Shown here: in pieces, positions 13,701 to 25,689 of the stretch | Layout: each line of letters opens with the position of its first letter | Numbering within the stretch: position 1 is the first letter of the stretch | NCBI RefSeq assembly: GCF_006345805.1 | Contig: NC_042999.1 | Coordinates: 146,134,001 to 146,198,000 of the forward strand | Direction: 5' to 3' | Source: Octopus sinensis | Taxonomy: Eukaryota | DNA length: 64,000 nt | Translations under genes and position numbers: made by a program | The notes under the pieces: model-generated | Told to the model about the DNA's origin: nothing | Seen by the model: the letters and a program-made list of their open reading frames with translations, nothing else | Database searches by the model: none

Positions 13701-14260
13701 ATTCAGCAACTACTTCCATGGTCCCCATGAATATCATGGAAGATATTTGGCTGCCATCTGACATGCCCATTGAAATCTCCGACCACAAAGAGATCATTGT
13801 CTTTCATCTTTGAGGTAACCTGCAGAAAAATATCATAACCGTAGGTCCACTTGTGGAGCATAGGCAGATATAATTGTAGCTATACTATTCTGCAAGACTA
13901 GCCTGAACTTAAGTATTTTATCGCACTCTCTGACTATCTCTATGACCTTGTCCACCTTAGCCATTTCTCATCAAGAAGTATACGCACACCACCTATTCCG
14001 TCACTGCTACCTTCCCAGAAGATTTTATACCTATGTGTTTTGCATGTGAGGAACCTGGCTGAAGCTCCTCTCCACCTAGCCTCTAGGATGCAGCACACAT
14101 CAACATGCTTCCATTCAAGCATCGCAACAATCTTGTTAGATCTACATTTCAGTATGCCTACATTTACAGTGCTAACTCTGAAAACTGGGACAGAGATGTG
14201 GGAGGGAACATGGGAAGGTGAGATGTTATTCAGCACCTGAAAAGAAGGTTTCCATGATTG
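10740..14260 (-). mobile_element. Old, near full-length degenerate RTE LINE (APE endonuclease, RT, PHD-like finger)
   Basis: Broken ORFs: RVSTVNVG/EARWRG (EN), QVGVHQG and ELLYADDL (RT), WPCSICTKG...CTQCKLWTHKRC. (TGA)n tail at 10740. Confidence 0.9.
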
Positions 14261-14386
14261 TTTGATAACAGATATGTCATAATGGTTGATCTCGCTTTTA
14301 ACCTATCGTGTTAAAATTGTTGCCTCTACTGGAGGTGAGAGTAAAGTAAGCATTGTAAATATAAGCATTACTGCAGCTGCAAATCA

Positions 14387-17300
14387 TCATCATCATTTAG
14401 CGTCCGTTCTCCATGCTAGCATGGGTTGGACGGTTCAACTGGGGTCTGTGAAGCTGGAAGGCTTCATCAGGCCCAGTCAGATCTGGCAGTGTTTCTACAG
14501 CTGGATGCCCTTCCTAACGCCAACCACTCCGTGAGTGTAGTGGGTGCTTTTTACGTGCCACCTGCACAGGTGCCAGACAGAGCTGGCAAACGGCCACGAA
14601 CGGATGGTGCTTTTACGTGTCACCGGCACGGGGCCAGGCGAGGCTGGCAACGGACACGAACGGATGGTGCTTTTACGTGCCACCAACACGGGGGCCAGAC
14701 AGAGCTGGCAAACGGCCACGAAACGGATGGTGCTTTTACGTGTCACTGGCACGGGGGCCAGGCGAGGCTGGCAACGGGCACGAACGGATGGTGCTTTTAC
14801 ATGCCACCGACATGGGGGCCAGACAGGGCTGGCAAACGGCCATGAACGGATGGTGCTTTTACGTGTCACCGGCACGGGGGCCAGGCGAGGCTGGCAACGG
14901 CCACGAACGGATGGTGCTTTTACATGTCACCGACATGGGGTCCAGACAGGGCTGGCAAACGGCCACGAACGGATGGTGCTTTTACGTGTCACCGGCACGG
15001 GGGCCAGACAGAGCTGGCAAACGGCCACGAACGGATGGTGCTTTTACGTGTCACCGGCACGGGGGCCAGACAGAGCTGGCAAACGGCCACAAACGGATGG
15101 TACTTTTACGTGTCACCGGCACGGGGGCCAGGCCAGGCTGGCAACGAACACGAACGGATGGTGCTTTTACGTGCCACCTACACGGGGGCCAGACAGGGCT
15201 GGCGAACGGCTACAAACGGATGGTACTTTTACGTGTCACCTGCACGGGGGCCCTGATGTTGATCGACCTCAATTTGGTTTGATCTTGATTTTGACTGTTC
15301 TCACTGGTCTTGCCGGGTTTTCTCACGCACAGCATACCTCCAAAGGTCTCGGTCACTGGTCATTTCCTTGGTGAGACCTAAAGTTCGAAGGTCGTGCTTC
15401 ACCGCCTCGACCCAGGTTTTCCTGGGTCTACCTCTTCCACAGGTCCCCTCAACTGCCAGGGTGTGGCACTTTCGCACACAACTATCTTCAGCCATTCTCA
15501 TCACATGACCATACCAGAGCATACGTCTCTCTTGCACACAACAACTGATACTTCTTAGGTTCAACTTTTCTCTCAAGGTACTTACACTCTGTTGATTATG
15601 AACACTGACGTTACACATCCATCGGAGCATACTAGCTTCATTTCTTGCGAGCTTACGCAAATCCTCAGCAGTCACAGCCCAAGTTTCACTACCATGTAGC
15701 ATGGCTGTACGTACACATGCATCATACAGTCTGCCTTTTACTTTGAGCGAGAGGCCTTTTGTCACCAGCAGAGGTAAGAGCTCTCTAAACTTTGCCCAGG
15801 CTATTCTTACTCTAGCAGTTATACTCTCAGCGCACCCGCCCCCGCTACTGACTTGGTCACCTAGGTAACGGAAACTATCAACTACTTCTAGCTTTTTTCC
15901 CTGGAAAGTGACGGAAGTTGGTCTCAGAGCATCTTCAGTGTTAATTGTTCCTGAGCATCTGCCACATACAAAAACCATCTTCCTAGTTAGCCTTCCTTTG
16001 ACATTGCTGCACCTCTTATGTGTCCATAGCTTACACTTGGTGCATCTTATAGAGTTTCTACCTACACCTTTTCTACAGATCGAGCAGGGCCATCTACCTG
16101 AAGGCGTTTGTGATTGGTCTACCTTCCTACTTATTATTAGGACTTTGGTTTTGGCTAGGTTGATTCTAAGGCCCTTCGATTCTAAACCTTGTTTCCATAC
16201 CTGAAACTTCTCCTCTAGTTCTGACAGAGACTCAGCATTAGAGCAAGGTCATCAGCATAGAGGAGCTCCCAGGGGCATCCTGTCTTGAATTCCTCCGTTA
16301 TTGCCTGGAGGACTATGATAAATAGGAGGGGACTGAGGACTGAACCTTGGTGGACCCCAACCTCTACCCTGAATTCTTCACTGTACTCGGTGCCAACCCT
16401 CACCTTACTAGCAGCGTCTCTGTACATGGCTTGTACAGCTTTCACTAACCATTCATCTATCCCTAGTTTCCTCATTGACCACCAGATGAGGGATCGGGGG
16501 ACCCTGTCGAAGGCTTTCTCCATATCAACAAAAGCCAGGTATAGGGGCTTGTCTTTGGCTAGGTATTTCTCTTGCAGCTGTCTTACCATGAAAATAGCAT
16601 CAGTAGTACTTTTCCCTGGCACAAACCCAAACTGCATCTGGTCTAGGCTAACTCTCTCTCTAATTAGTTGGGCTATAACCCTCTCCGTAACCTTCATTAC
16701 CTGATCCAGTAGCTTGATACCCCTGTAGCTATTTGTATCTAGGGCGTCACCTTTACCTTTGTAGCAGCTGACTATTATGCTGCTACACCAGTCATTGGGA
16801 ATGACTCCTTCGTGTATCACCTGGTTAACTATACGGGTGACTAGGCTATAGCCGACACTACCAGATATTTTGAGCATCTCTGCAGTAATTCCTGATGGGC
16901 CTGGGGCTTTCCCTGTTTTCATGCTTTTAATTGCCTTATCTACTAAGGAACTGTCAACTCGGATTGCTGGTCCCTCTGTTGGGTCAACATTCGGCAGACT
17001 CTCTTTATCCCATTCATTTTCCTCATTCAGCAACCTTTCATAGTGGCTTCTCCAAACCTCTCTCTTTGCATCCTCATTTAGCGCAAGTGAGCCGTCATCC
17101 GTGCGAACACATTTTTCTCCTACCACGTCACGATTCTCTCTCACACACTGTCTTGCTATACGAAATACCTCAAGTCTTTCATCCTCACGGCGCAGGACAT
17201 TGGCAAATTTTTTCCTATCTGCTTCCCCTCTGGCTAAATAAACCTGCCTCCTAGCTTCCCTTCTGGCAGTCTGATACACTTCCCTGCTACCACCGTTCTT

Positions 17301-18270
17301 CCAAGCCTGTTTCTTTTGTCTAATAGCCCTATCAACAGTATTGTTCCACCACCACGTTATTTTGGGTCTTGTGGGGACTTTGCACCAGCCACAGATCTGG
17401 TCAGTGGCTTTCAGCAGGTTGTCCCTTAGAAGCGCCCAGTTATCTTCTACCCCATGTGTAGCTATGCCCCCTTCTATTTCGTCGAAGGCTTCAAGTAACA
17501 TGTCTCTAAATCTCTGTCCATTAGCAGGATCTTTAAGCTTCCAGACCCTTCTTCTCCATGTTGGTCGTCTTCTAGACGTCCTCTTAGTCCTGATCCTAAA
17601 GTCACTGACTACCATTCTATGTTGTGGGGTACATTCTTCGCCTGGGAAGGTTTTGGCATTCATAAGCAGCCATCTTTCCCTTTTTCTGGCAAGGATGTAG
17701 TCGATTTGGCTAGTATGCTGGCCCGAACGGTAGGTGACCAGGTGGCTTGTTGGTTTCCTGAAGTTAGTGTTGCAAACCATAAGACTATTCGCATCACAGA
17801 ACTCCAGCAGCCTGGTTCCCTCCTCATTGCGAGAACCATAACCATAGCCTCCATGAACGCCATAGAAGCCCTCAGCATATCGTCCAACATGCCATTGAAG
17901 TCACTAGCCACAAAGAGAAGGTCCCTGTTGTTCGTCAATGAGGTGGTCTGCAGTAGGGTGTCATAGAAACGGTCTTTCTGTCCATCGGTAACCCTGGCTG
18001 AGGGGCATAGGCCGATATAATAGTTGCTAAACTATGATGGAGCACTAATCTAATCTTCAATATTCTGTCACATACTCTGACTACCTCGATAACTTTATCT
18101 ACCCATTTTTCGGCAATAAGCATACCCACTCCCCCGACTCCTTCAGTATTCCCGGCCCAGAAAATTTTATACCTCTGTCCTTTACCCGTGAGGAACCTAG
18201 CAGAACCTCCTCTCCACCTCACCTCTTGAATACAGCATATATCTACACACCTCCGTTCAAGCAATTCGAC
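14387..18270 (-). mobile_element. Younger RTE LINE, truncated at the very 5' end of EN, with at least 3 single-base frameshifts
   Basis: ORFs 17935..18318, 16215..17780 and 15301..15978 tile EN (QEVRW, DFN, IDYIL), RT (QFGF, QGSVLSP, YADD) and the C-terminus. (TGA)n tail. Confidence 0.95.
14543..15252 (-). repeat. Minisatellite of ~11.5 x 61-62 bp inside the RTE 3'UTR
   Basis: Units start ggtgcttttacg at ~14543, 14606, 14667, 14729, 14790, 14852, 14913, 14975, 15037, 15098, 15160 and 15222 (partial). Confidence 0.95.
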
Positions 18271-18345
18271 GAATAGATATAAATATGCCAATGTTAGATT
18301 AAGTAAACGGGCTGCCATTTGGTTGGGTTAGTCCATTATATATAC

Positions 18346-18431
<86 letters not shown>

Positions 18432-18844
18432 GAGAGAGAGAGAGAGTGGGAGGGACCGAGAGGGGGTGAAAGAAAGAAGGCAGAAGATGGTTTGGAAGTG
18501 AGGGAGGGATGGAAAAATTTAAGTCTTCTGGTGCAGAAGTGAGGCAGAGCCCTGTGAGTCTTCAGTATGAAGGATAAGATTTTTGGTATAAGAGATTACC
18601 GGTATATGAGAAGGGATTTCTGGTATTGATGTTGGGGGTAGGAAAGGATGGGTGCATCATGAACAAGAAATGGAAGAAGAAATGGCTGGCTTCACCACTG
18701 GAAAACCGAAATAGCAGTGAAGGACAATAGTGAGGCAAAGAATGATAGAAACACATGAGTATTCAAAGGGGTATGATAACAGAAGTTATTAGAAAAAGTA
18801 ATGAGTTACAGGTTACAAAGTAAATTTAACTCAAGAACATTAGC

Positions 18845-19242
18845 ATACTCTTTACTCTTACTCTTTTCAGTCATCTGACTGCGGCCGTGCTGGAGCACCG
18901 CCTTTAATCAAGCAACTCGACCCCGGGACTTATTCTTTTGTAAGCCCAGTACTTATTCTAACCGTCTCTTTTTGCTGAACCACTAAGTAACAGGGACTTA
19001 AACACACCAGCATCGGTTGTCAAGCAATGCTAGGGGGACAAACACAGACACACAAACACACACACGCTTATATATATACATTATATACATATATACGACG
19101 GGCTTCTTTTCAGTTTCTGTCTATCAAATCCACTGACAAGGCTTTGGTCAGTCCAAGGCTATAGTAGAAGACACTTGCCCAAGGTGCCACGCAGTGGGAC
19201 TGAACCCGGAACCATGTGGTTGGTAAACAAGCTACTTACCAG
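18845..19242 (-). mobile_element. CORE-type tRNA-SINE (family B), near full length. Other copies at ~29170, 29510, 30945, 36260, 37500 and 53105.
   Basis: Head ...ggttccgggttcagtccc, core gtggcaccttgggcaagtgtc, internal (TA/TG)n, tail gcagtcagatgactgaaa. Confidence 0.85.
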
Positions 19243-19409
19243 TAATATATAAATCCTTAACTCCTTAAAAATGTTTTAGCCCAAAGGCCGCGGCCATGCT
19301 GGGGCACCACCGCTGTTAAATGAATGAAAAAAGATGAATGATTAAAAACTAGAGAAGTTTCTTAGCTTAGCGGCTGGGCACACACACACACAAACGACAA
19401 TATATATAT

Positions 19410-21720
19410 CTCTTAAAGGGATGTTAGCATCTAAGTTCCCCGGTTTAATCCAGTGCATTGGTGAAATACTAAAAAGATGTTAGCTTCTCACAGATGCAAA
19501 TGAGTATATTATCATTTATGTAACAGAAAAGAAAATGGAGAAATCGACAGATAGTCGTCAATTTATTAAAATGACTCCAATTTTAAACAACATCGATTTC
19601 TTATAATCTACAGATGTTTCTATATTCAATTAATTCAAATTACAAATATTTAAATTACAGATGCATTTTGAATATAGTAAATTGAATATTTCATCAGGGT
19701 TAGAAATGTACATAAAAAGGAATCATATCCCAATGGATTGAGGGATCATTGGCAGACTTAGCAGTGTTTGCATGTTAATGTTTTTTTAAAAAGAACATTA
19801 CTGTGTATATGCAATTTTGTTTAATTATTATTATTATTATTTTATTTGTGTGTGTGTGTGGAGGGGTGCATGTTAATATATTTGGAAAACAAAAAAAACA
19901 TCTTAGATTTGCATAAACAATACTTTCAGATTTAATGGTAATTAAATCTATTTATTCTTAAATTTTCATTATTACTTGTGAGAGTATGAATGACAGTATA
20001 GCTTAATTAGTTAATTAAGAATTATTTTCTAAGTCACTTAGTCATAACTGCTAGTTTTAACAATTAATCATTAAATTTTTTAATTAATATAGTTTATACT
20101 ATTAACCATAGTTATTGTTTACAGTGTACCACGTAACTATGATAGATTCAATCTGCTTACTGCAATCAGTAGCTGCATTTTAATAATAAGAGAATACTAA
20201 AGGATAATATTTGAGGACTATATTAATACTTACAAAATTATATCTATTAACCGATTAATATATACTTTATTTCATTTGAATTTTAATAATAATTTTAATT
20301 TTTTTAAAAATACCTACTTATATCTATTAGATAATCAATTTATAATTTTAGTAACTTTTTAATTTAACTGTAATTTTTAAACATAAATTTGCTGGTGTGC
20401 ACACAGGATAACCCTTCTTCACTCTTACTGTTAAGTAGTTTATGTTTAGAAGTTAAAATTCGAAAAATCTCACCAATGCAAAAATCGCAGCAAATATTTA
20501 CAATTTTATTGGTTTTGGCAAGGCTTTTGATTTCCCACTTTAGGTTACATAATATATTTTTGTCTTTTAGTCCAAAATAAATTTGCTTAAACTGGTATGT
20601 GGTAATTTGTTTCTATTTTTATATGTGCATTTGTGGTTGGTTATTCACTTTTTAATATAATTTTCCCTAGATCCTATGTAAAAATAGTTTTTACCCTCAG
20701 ATTCCACTTTACATCTATACACTACATTTTTTTGCTTGCAACAATTTTTAAACAAACAGTTATCTTTAATTTTGCAATCACAATATACATTTTTATTTTC
20801 TTTTATAGAATTGCATTTAGTATTGTTATTGTTCATAGCATTAGTTTTTTGGTTAAGATGGGATAGAACGTGGGTTGTTTCCCTTTGTACTTTAGCGGGT
20901 TTATTAGCACATTCATTATAATCAGAATTGTTTATGCTATCCTATACTGTATCTGTACTAAAATTAACTGTATTATTAAAGAAATTAGTTAACTTTTTAT
21001 TGTTAAGTGAAGGTACAATCTGGGAAACATTAGTTGAGGCAGAAAATCCAATACCAAGTTTACTGGTGTTAATTATATCATAATATTTACTTCCCTTAGT
21101 AAAGTGTTTTGAAAATAGTTTATAAAGAGATTTAACCAAGTTACTTTTAATTTGCATAGCAAATAGAATAATTAACCATATAAGATTGTGCTTATTAGAA
21201 GTTCCAATACAATTATCCAATTGCGAATCAATTTTATTTATATATAGGGTATGTCATTTAATTTCATTTTTATTTTCATGAATTTCATTAGATGAATGAA
21301 GTAATAAATATGTTTTCATATGTTGGATATCATTGTTATTTAGTGTATATTTATTTTTACCCTTATTTCTATTCTTTCCAGACTTAAAAATTTTTCTGTT
21401 ACTATTCATTATATCTATGGTATTCCTATCACTGTAGTTTATACTTGATGAATAACCTCTGCTTATATCTTGCCCTACTGAGCGCCATGTTGTAATAGTT
21501 TGTGTTTTTGTTGAAAAATGTCTTGCCTGATGATAAATTTGAGATTCTTCTAGATATATTGTAAGCCATAGAATTTGAGATAGATCTAGGATGATTACTT
21601 CTGATATATGTTTAAGGTTGGTATTAGGTTTGTGGAATGGTTCATGGTTTCCAGTAACAAGGTTAAGGTTTACATCTAAGAAGTTATTTCAATAACCTGA
21701 TGTCTATCTGTTGATTTTTT
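19410..21720 (-). mobile_element. 5'-truncated, decayed Penelope-like element (Naiad-like)
   Basis: RT tail NFLDVNLNL...NHP; CDCKIKDNC (CxCx5C) then VVYRC...YIG (GIY-YIG); C-terminal LLNSKSE..CVH; AT-rich 3' region with an HHR remnant. Confidence 0.8.
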
Positions 21721-21732
21721 TCACTTTCTTTT

Positions 21733-21806
<74 letters not shown>

Positions 21807-22379
21807 CGTATTTATAAATATATATATGTATTTATAAATATATCATCATCGTCATCATCATCATTTAGAGTCTGTTTCCATGCTGACATGGATTAGACAG
21901 TTTGAGTGAAACTGGCATATCAGAAAGCCATACCAGGCTCCAGTCTTGTTTGGTTTGGTTTCTATGGCTGGTTGCCCTTCCTTACACCAATCACACAAAG
22001 AGTGTAGTGAGTGCTTTTTACATGTCACTAGCACTGACCATGATATATATATTTATATATAAATATATATCATCATCATCATCGTTTAGCGTCCGCTTTC
22101 CATGCTAGCATGGTTTGGACGGTTCGACTGGGGTCTGGGAAGCCAGGAGGCTGCACCAGGCTCCAGTCTAATCTGGCAGTGTTTCTACAGCTGGATGCCC
22201 TTCCTAACGCCAACCACTCTGTGAGTGTAGTGGATGCTTTTTACGTGCATATACCAGTCCATGTATCTGTTGCTGGTTGAATTGGTTATACTCTTCCTCC
22301 TCTACCTTCAAATTAATTACCTTTTGATAATGTAAAAAAAAAAAAAGGGGGACTTAACAAGAGAAACGCCATTACTTAC

Positions 22380-22438
22380 TGTTATTAACTCCACATTCCA
22401 GTGCAGGATCTGGTTGTATAAACTTGAAATTCTGAATC
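22380..22438 (-). CDS. WDR93: WDR93-like exon (59 nt, phase 2->1): IQNFKFIQPDPALECGVNN(T)
   Basis: Acceptor cttattttctag and consensus donor GTAAGT. It is the only candidate I found that bridges phase 2 (52617) to phase 1 (4954). Confidence 0.72.
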
Positions 22439-23141
22439 CTAGAAAATAAGAAATCAGAAAATGGTAATTAATGATGGCAGAATTGCAATAAATATATTGG
22501 TTTCAAATTTTGGCACAATGCCAGCAATTTCAGGGGACGGGATAAGCCAGTTACATAAGTCCCAGTGCTCAACTGATATTTATTTTATCGACAACCCGAA
22601 AAGATGAAAGGCAAAGTAGACTTCAGCAGAATTTGAACTCTGAATGTAAAGACAGAGGAAGTGTTGTTAAGCATTTTGCCCAGCATGCTAATGCTTCTGT
22701 CGGCTTGCCACCTTAACTATTTAAGTTTAGCTCAGATGTGATTTAGACTTATGTAAGGTACTCCACTATGACCATTCCATCTTTCTCACAAGTGCAATGC
22801 AACAAAAGCTACACTACTAATGTGAAACAAGCCCACCATATATATGTGTACATGTATGTTGTATATATGTATTGCTGACTAAATGATGGGCTGCCAGAAG
22901 CACAAATAAGCAAATTAAGCCATCTGGCTGCTTTAGTGTTGGTAGGGGACAAATGCAAACATACACACACACACACACACAATATATATATATAGTCAAT
23001 CCAAACATGAACAAGCAAGAAAAAACAAGAATGCGAGGATGTGGTACAAGTACTGTGTTATTAGCCTCTGTGGCTAATAAAGAAACTTTATCTATTTATC
23101 TATTACACACATACACATATATATGTATGTATGTACATAAC

Positions 23142-23173
<32 letters not shown>

Positions 23174-23185
23174 GGGGGGGGGAAG

Positions 23186-24870
23186 TAAGAAGAAAATAAG
23201 CAAAAATGCACATTGGAAATCAAAACAGTAAAGACTTTTTATGAAAAGGACAGGTATATACCATTAGATGAACTGAGGTAGGAATAAAAGTAATAAAAGT
23301 CATTATTGTGAATTAAATTCAATATTTGTCCAACCCATGCTAGCATGGAAAACGGACGTTAAACGATGATGCTGATGATGATAATACAGTTTACTATCGA
23401 CACAAAATGTGGAATTGCAATGAAAACCTGAGCTGCTCCAGTGAGTGTGAACCTTGTAATGGGCTACCTAGAACTTAAAATATACCAATCATCACTACAA
23501 AAATATAGCACCTCATTCCATTGCTATTTAAAGGAGAACTGGAAAAGGTATTTGGACAACTGCTTCATACTTTGGAAAGATAGCATCAACAAACTCCTCG
23601 ATTTCAAAATAATGCTTAACAATATTAATACCAACATACAATTCACCATAGAGCACAGTAATAAACAACTCCCTTTTCTTGACATCCTAATTAAAATAGT
23701 CAAAAACCACATTGAAACAGACATCTTCTATAAACCCACAGATTCAAAACAATACCTATTATCCAACTCATGCCACCCCAAACACATAAAAATTAATATA
23801 CCTTATAATCTAGTGAAAAAAATCTGTACTCATGAACAAAGACTCCTTGAACTCAGATCAATACTAATCAAAAGACATTACTCGATATCATTAATAAATG
23901 ATGGCATTAAACGAGCTAAGGAAATAGATATACGAACATTAAGGGAAGTCAACTGAAATGCTACACCAAACTTAAAAATACTCCCATACATCTCCACACA
24001 TAACCATAGAAACAGCGAAACCTTCAATATTGTCATCCAAAATCTACCCATCCTCACAGGAGATAAAACAATGAACAAAATAAGCAAAATGCAACCTAAA
24101 TCATTGAAAAAATATTAACCAGCGCAAGCCTATATCCATTAATGGAACCAAAAGTGAAAAAATGTGGTCTATCTAACTGTGGTACATGCCCCCATCTTTT
24201 CGAGGGTTCAGAGTTCCACTTTAAACAAGGTGAAATATTTTATATTGGCAAACAGGAAGTATCACTCCATCAAAGAACCACTCTCAGCAAAGAACAAATC
24301 TACCACCCACAATACAGACAGATACAGGTCAGTGAACACATAGAAAGGTGTGCTAGGAACCTTAATCCTAATTTCCTAATTTTCCCCTTCTATCAATGTT
24401 CACAGAACACCTCAGTACAGCAAAGGATGAATAAAGAGGTAACTTTCATCAATAAATATCTTCAACAACTCAATATGAACACATAACATAATACAGAACA
24501 CTACTAACCTTTTAATTAATACCATTAACCCCTACACATCCCATACACCATTCACATTACAGATTTATATCTACCCTAATAACACCAAATCCATAACTAC
24601 TTACCTCTCTTACACATAATCTTTTTACTCAGGGACTAGTAGACCCAACACCATTCGGTAATCAATGTGCAATCAAAGCAGTGAACAATAATTTTACAAA
24701 GCCGGTATGCCTTTGAATCTCTTTAACAATTCACAATAATGACTTTTATTACTTTTATTCCTACCTCAGTTCCTCTAATGGTATACATCTATCATTACTT
24801 TTCATAAAAAGCCTTTACTTTTTTTGATTTCTAATGTGCATTTTCACTTTTTTCTTCTTATTTTCCTCTT
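23186..24870 (+). mobile_element. Decayed Penelope-like element (Neptune-like) with inverted terminal fragments
   Basis: RT 'RYLDNCFILW...PFLD...YKPTD'; CGLSNCGTC; YIG; HIERC. 23186-23315 is the reverse complement of ~24728-24865. Confidence 0.85.
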
Positions 24871-24914
24871 ACATTTCCATGTGTAGTTTCTATTTTCTTT
24901 TTGTAACATATCTC

Positions 24915-24967
<53 letters not shown>

Positions 24968-24999
24968 TGCATGATGGAAGTTAAATGATGATGATGATG

Positions 25000-25038
<39 letters not shown>

Positions 25039-25689
25039 ATGCTTTATTAGTAAAGCTGCAAAGATATCACAAAAACTGTTACTCAGAGTTTCTTGTTCCT
25101 GTTCGTTGGGCAGATCCAGTTTAGAATGGGACAAGATAGGGTTATATGCATAAATATACAGTTACTTTGATAGATACACATTTGAAAATGGTTTTCTTTC
25201 ATTGGTCCTTTTCAACTAATGGTCTTTTCAATAACTGGTTATATGAAATTACAATTATGATTTAAAATCATATCATTATAAGATCGAAGGAAACCTTAAA
25301 TCAAGAATTAGATTTAGTAGAAGGAAAAACTCTGACGCGCTCTCTCTCTGTTTTGATAACCACTTGCTTCACCAACACTTCCCCCTCCTCTATCACCCCA
25401 CCCTACATAAACTAGTGCACACACTCAGATTCCTCCACTCCATTTTTATAACTCTGCTGAAAGAATAGGAATCCAGAAGATGCCCTTGTCTAATTTTGCT
25501 ATTTTGCGGTACTCCCCCTCCCACTCCCACCACCTGTTCTAGAAGTCGCTATCTTCTGTCATCCTTTGGTTATCTCCCATGAACACTTCTAAAGGCTTAA
25601 TGCTATCCCCACCCCTACTTAGGTTTTATTCCCTATGTAAGGCGGTGATCATATAGCGTATAAAAATGATGGTGTAGTGTATGAAGGTT

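Noticed and set aside
14543-15252. CRISPR-like appearance of the ~61-bp array
   Set aside because: There are no unique spacers or cas genes, the DNA is eukaryotic, and the array lies within a LINE 3'UTR.
14544-15374. 276-aa and 221-aa plus-strand ORFs
   Set aside because: These are translations of the antisense minisatellite, with no gene context.
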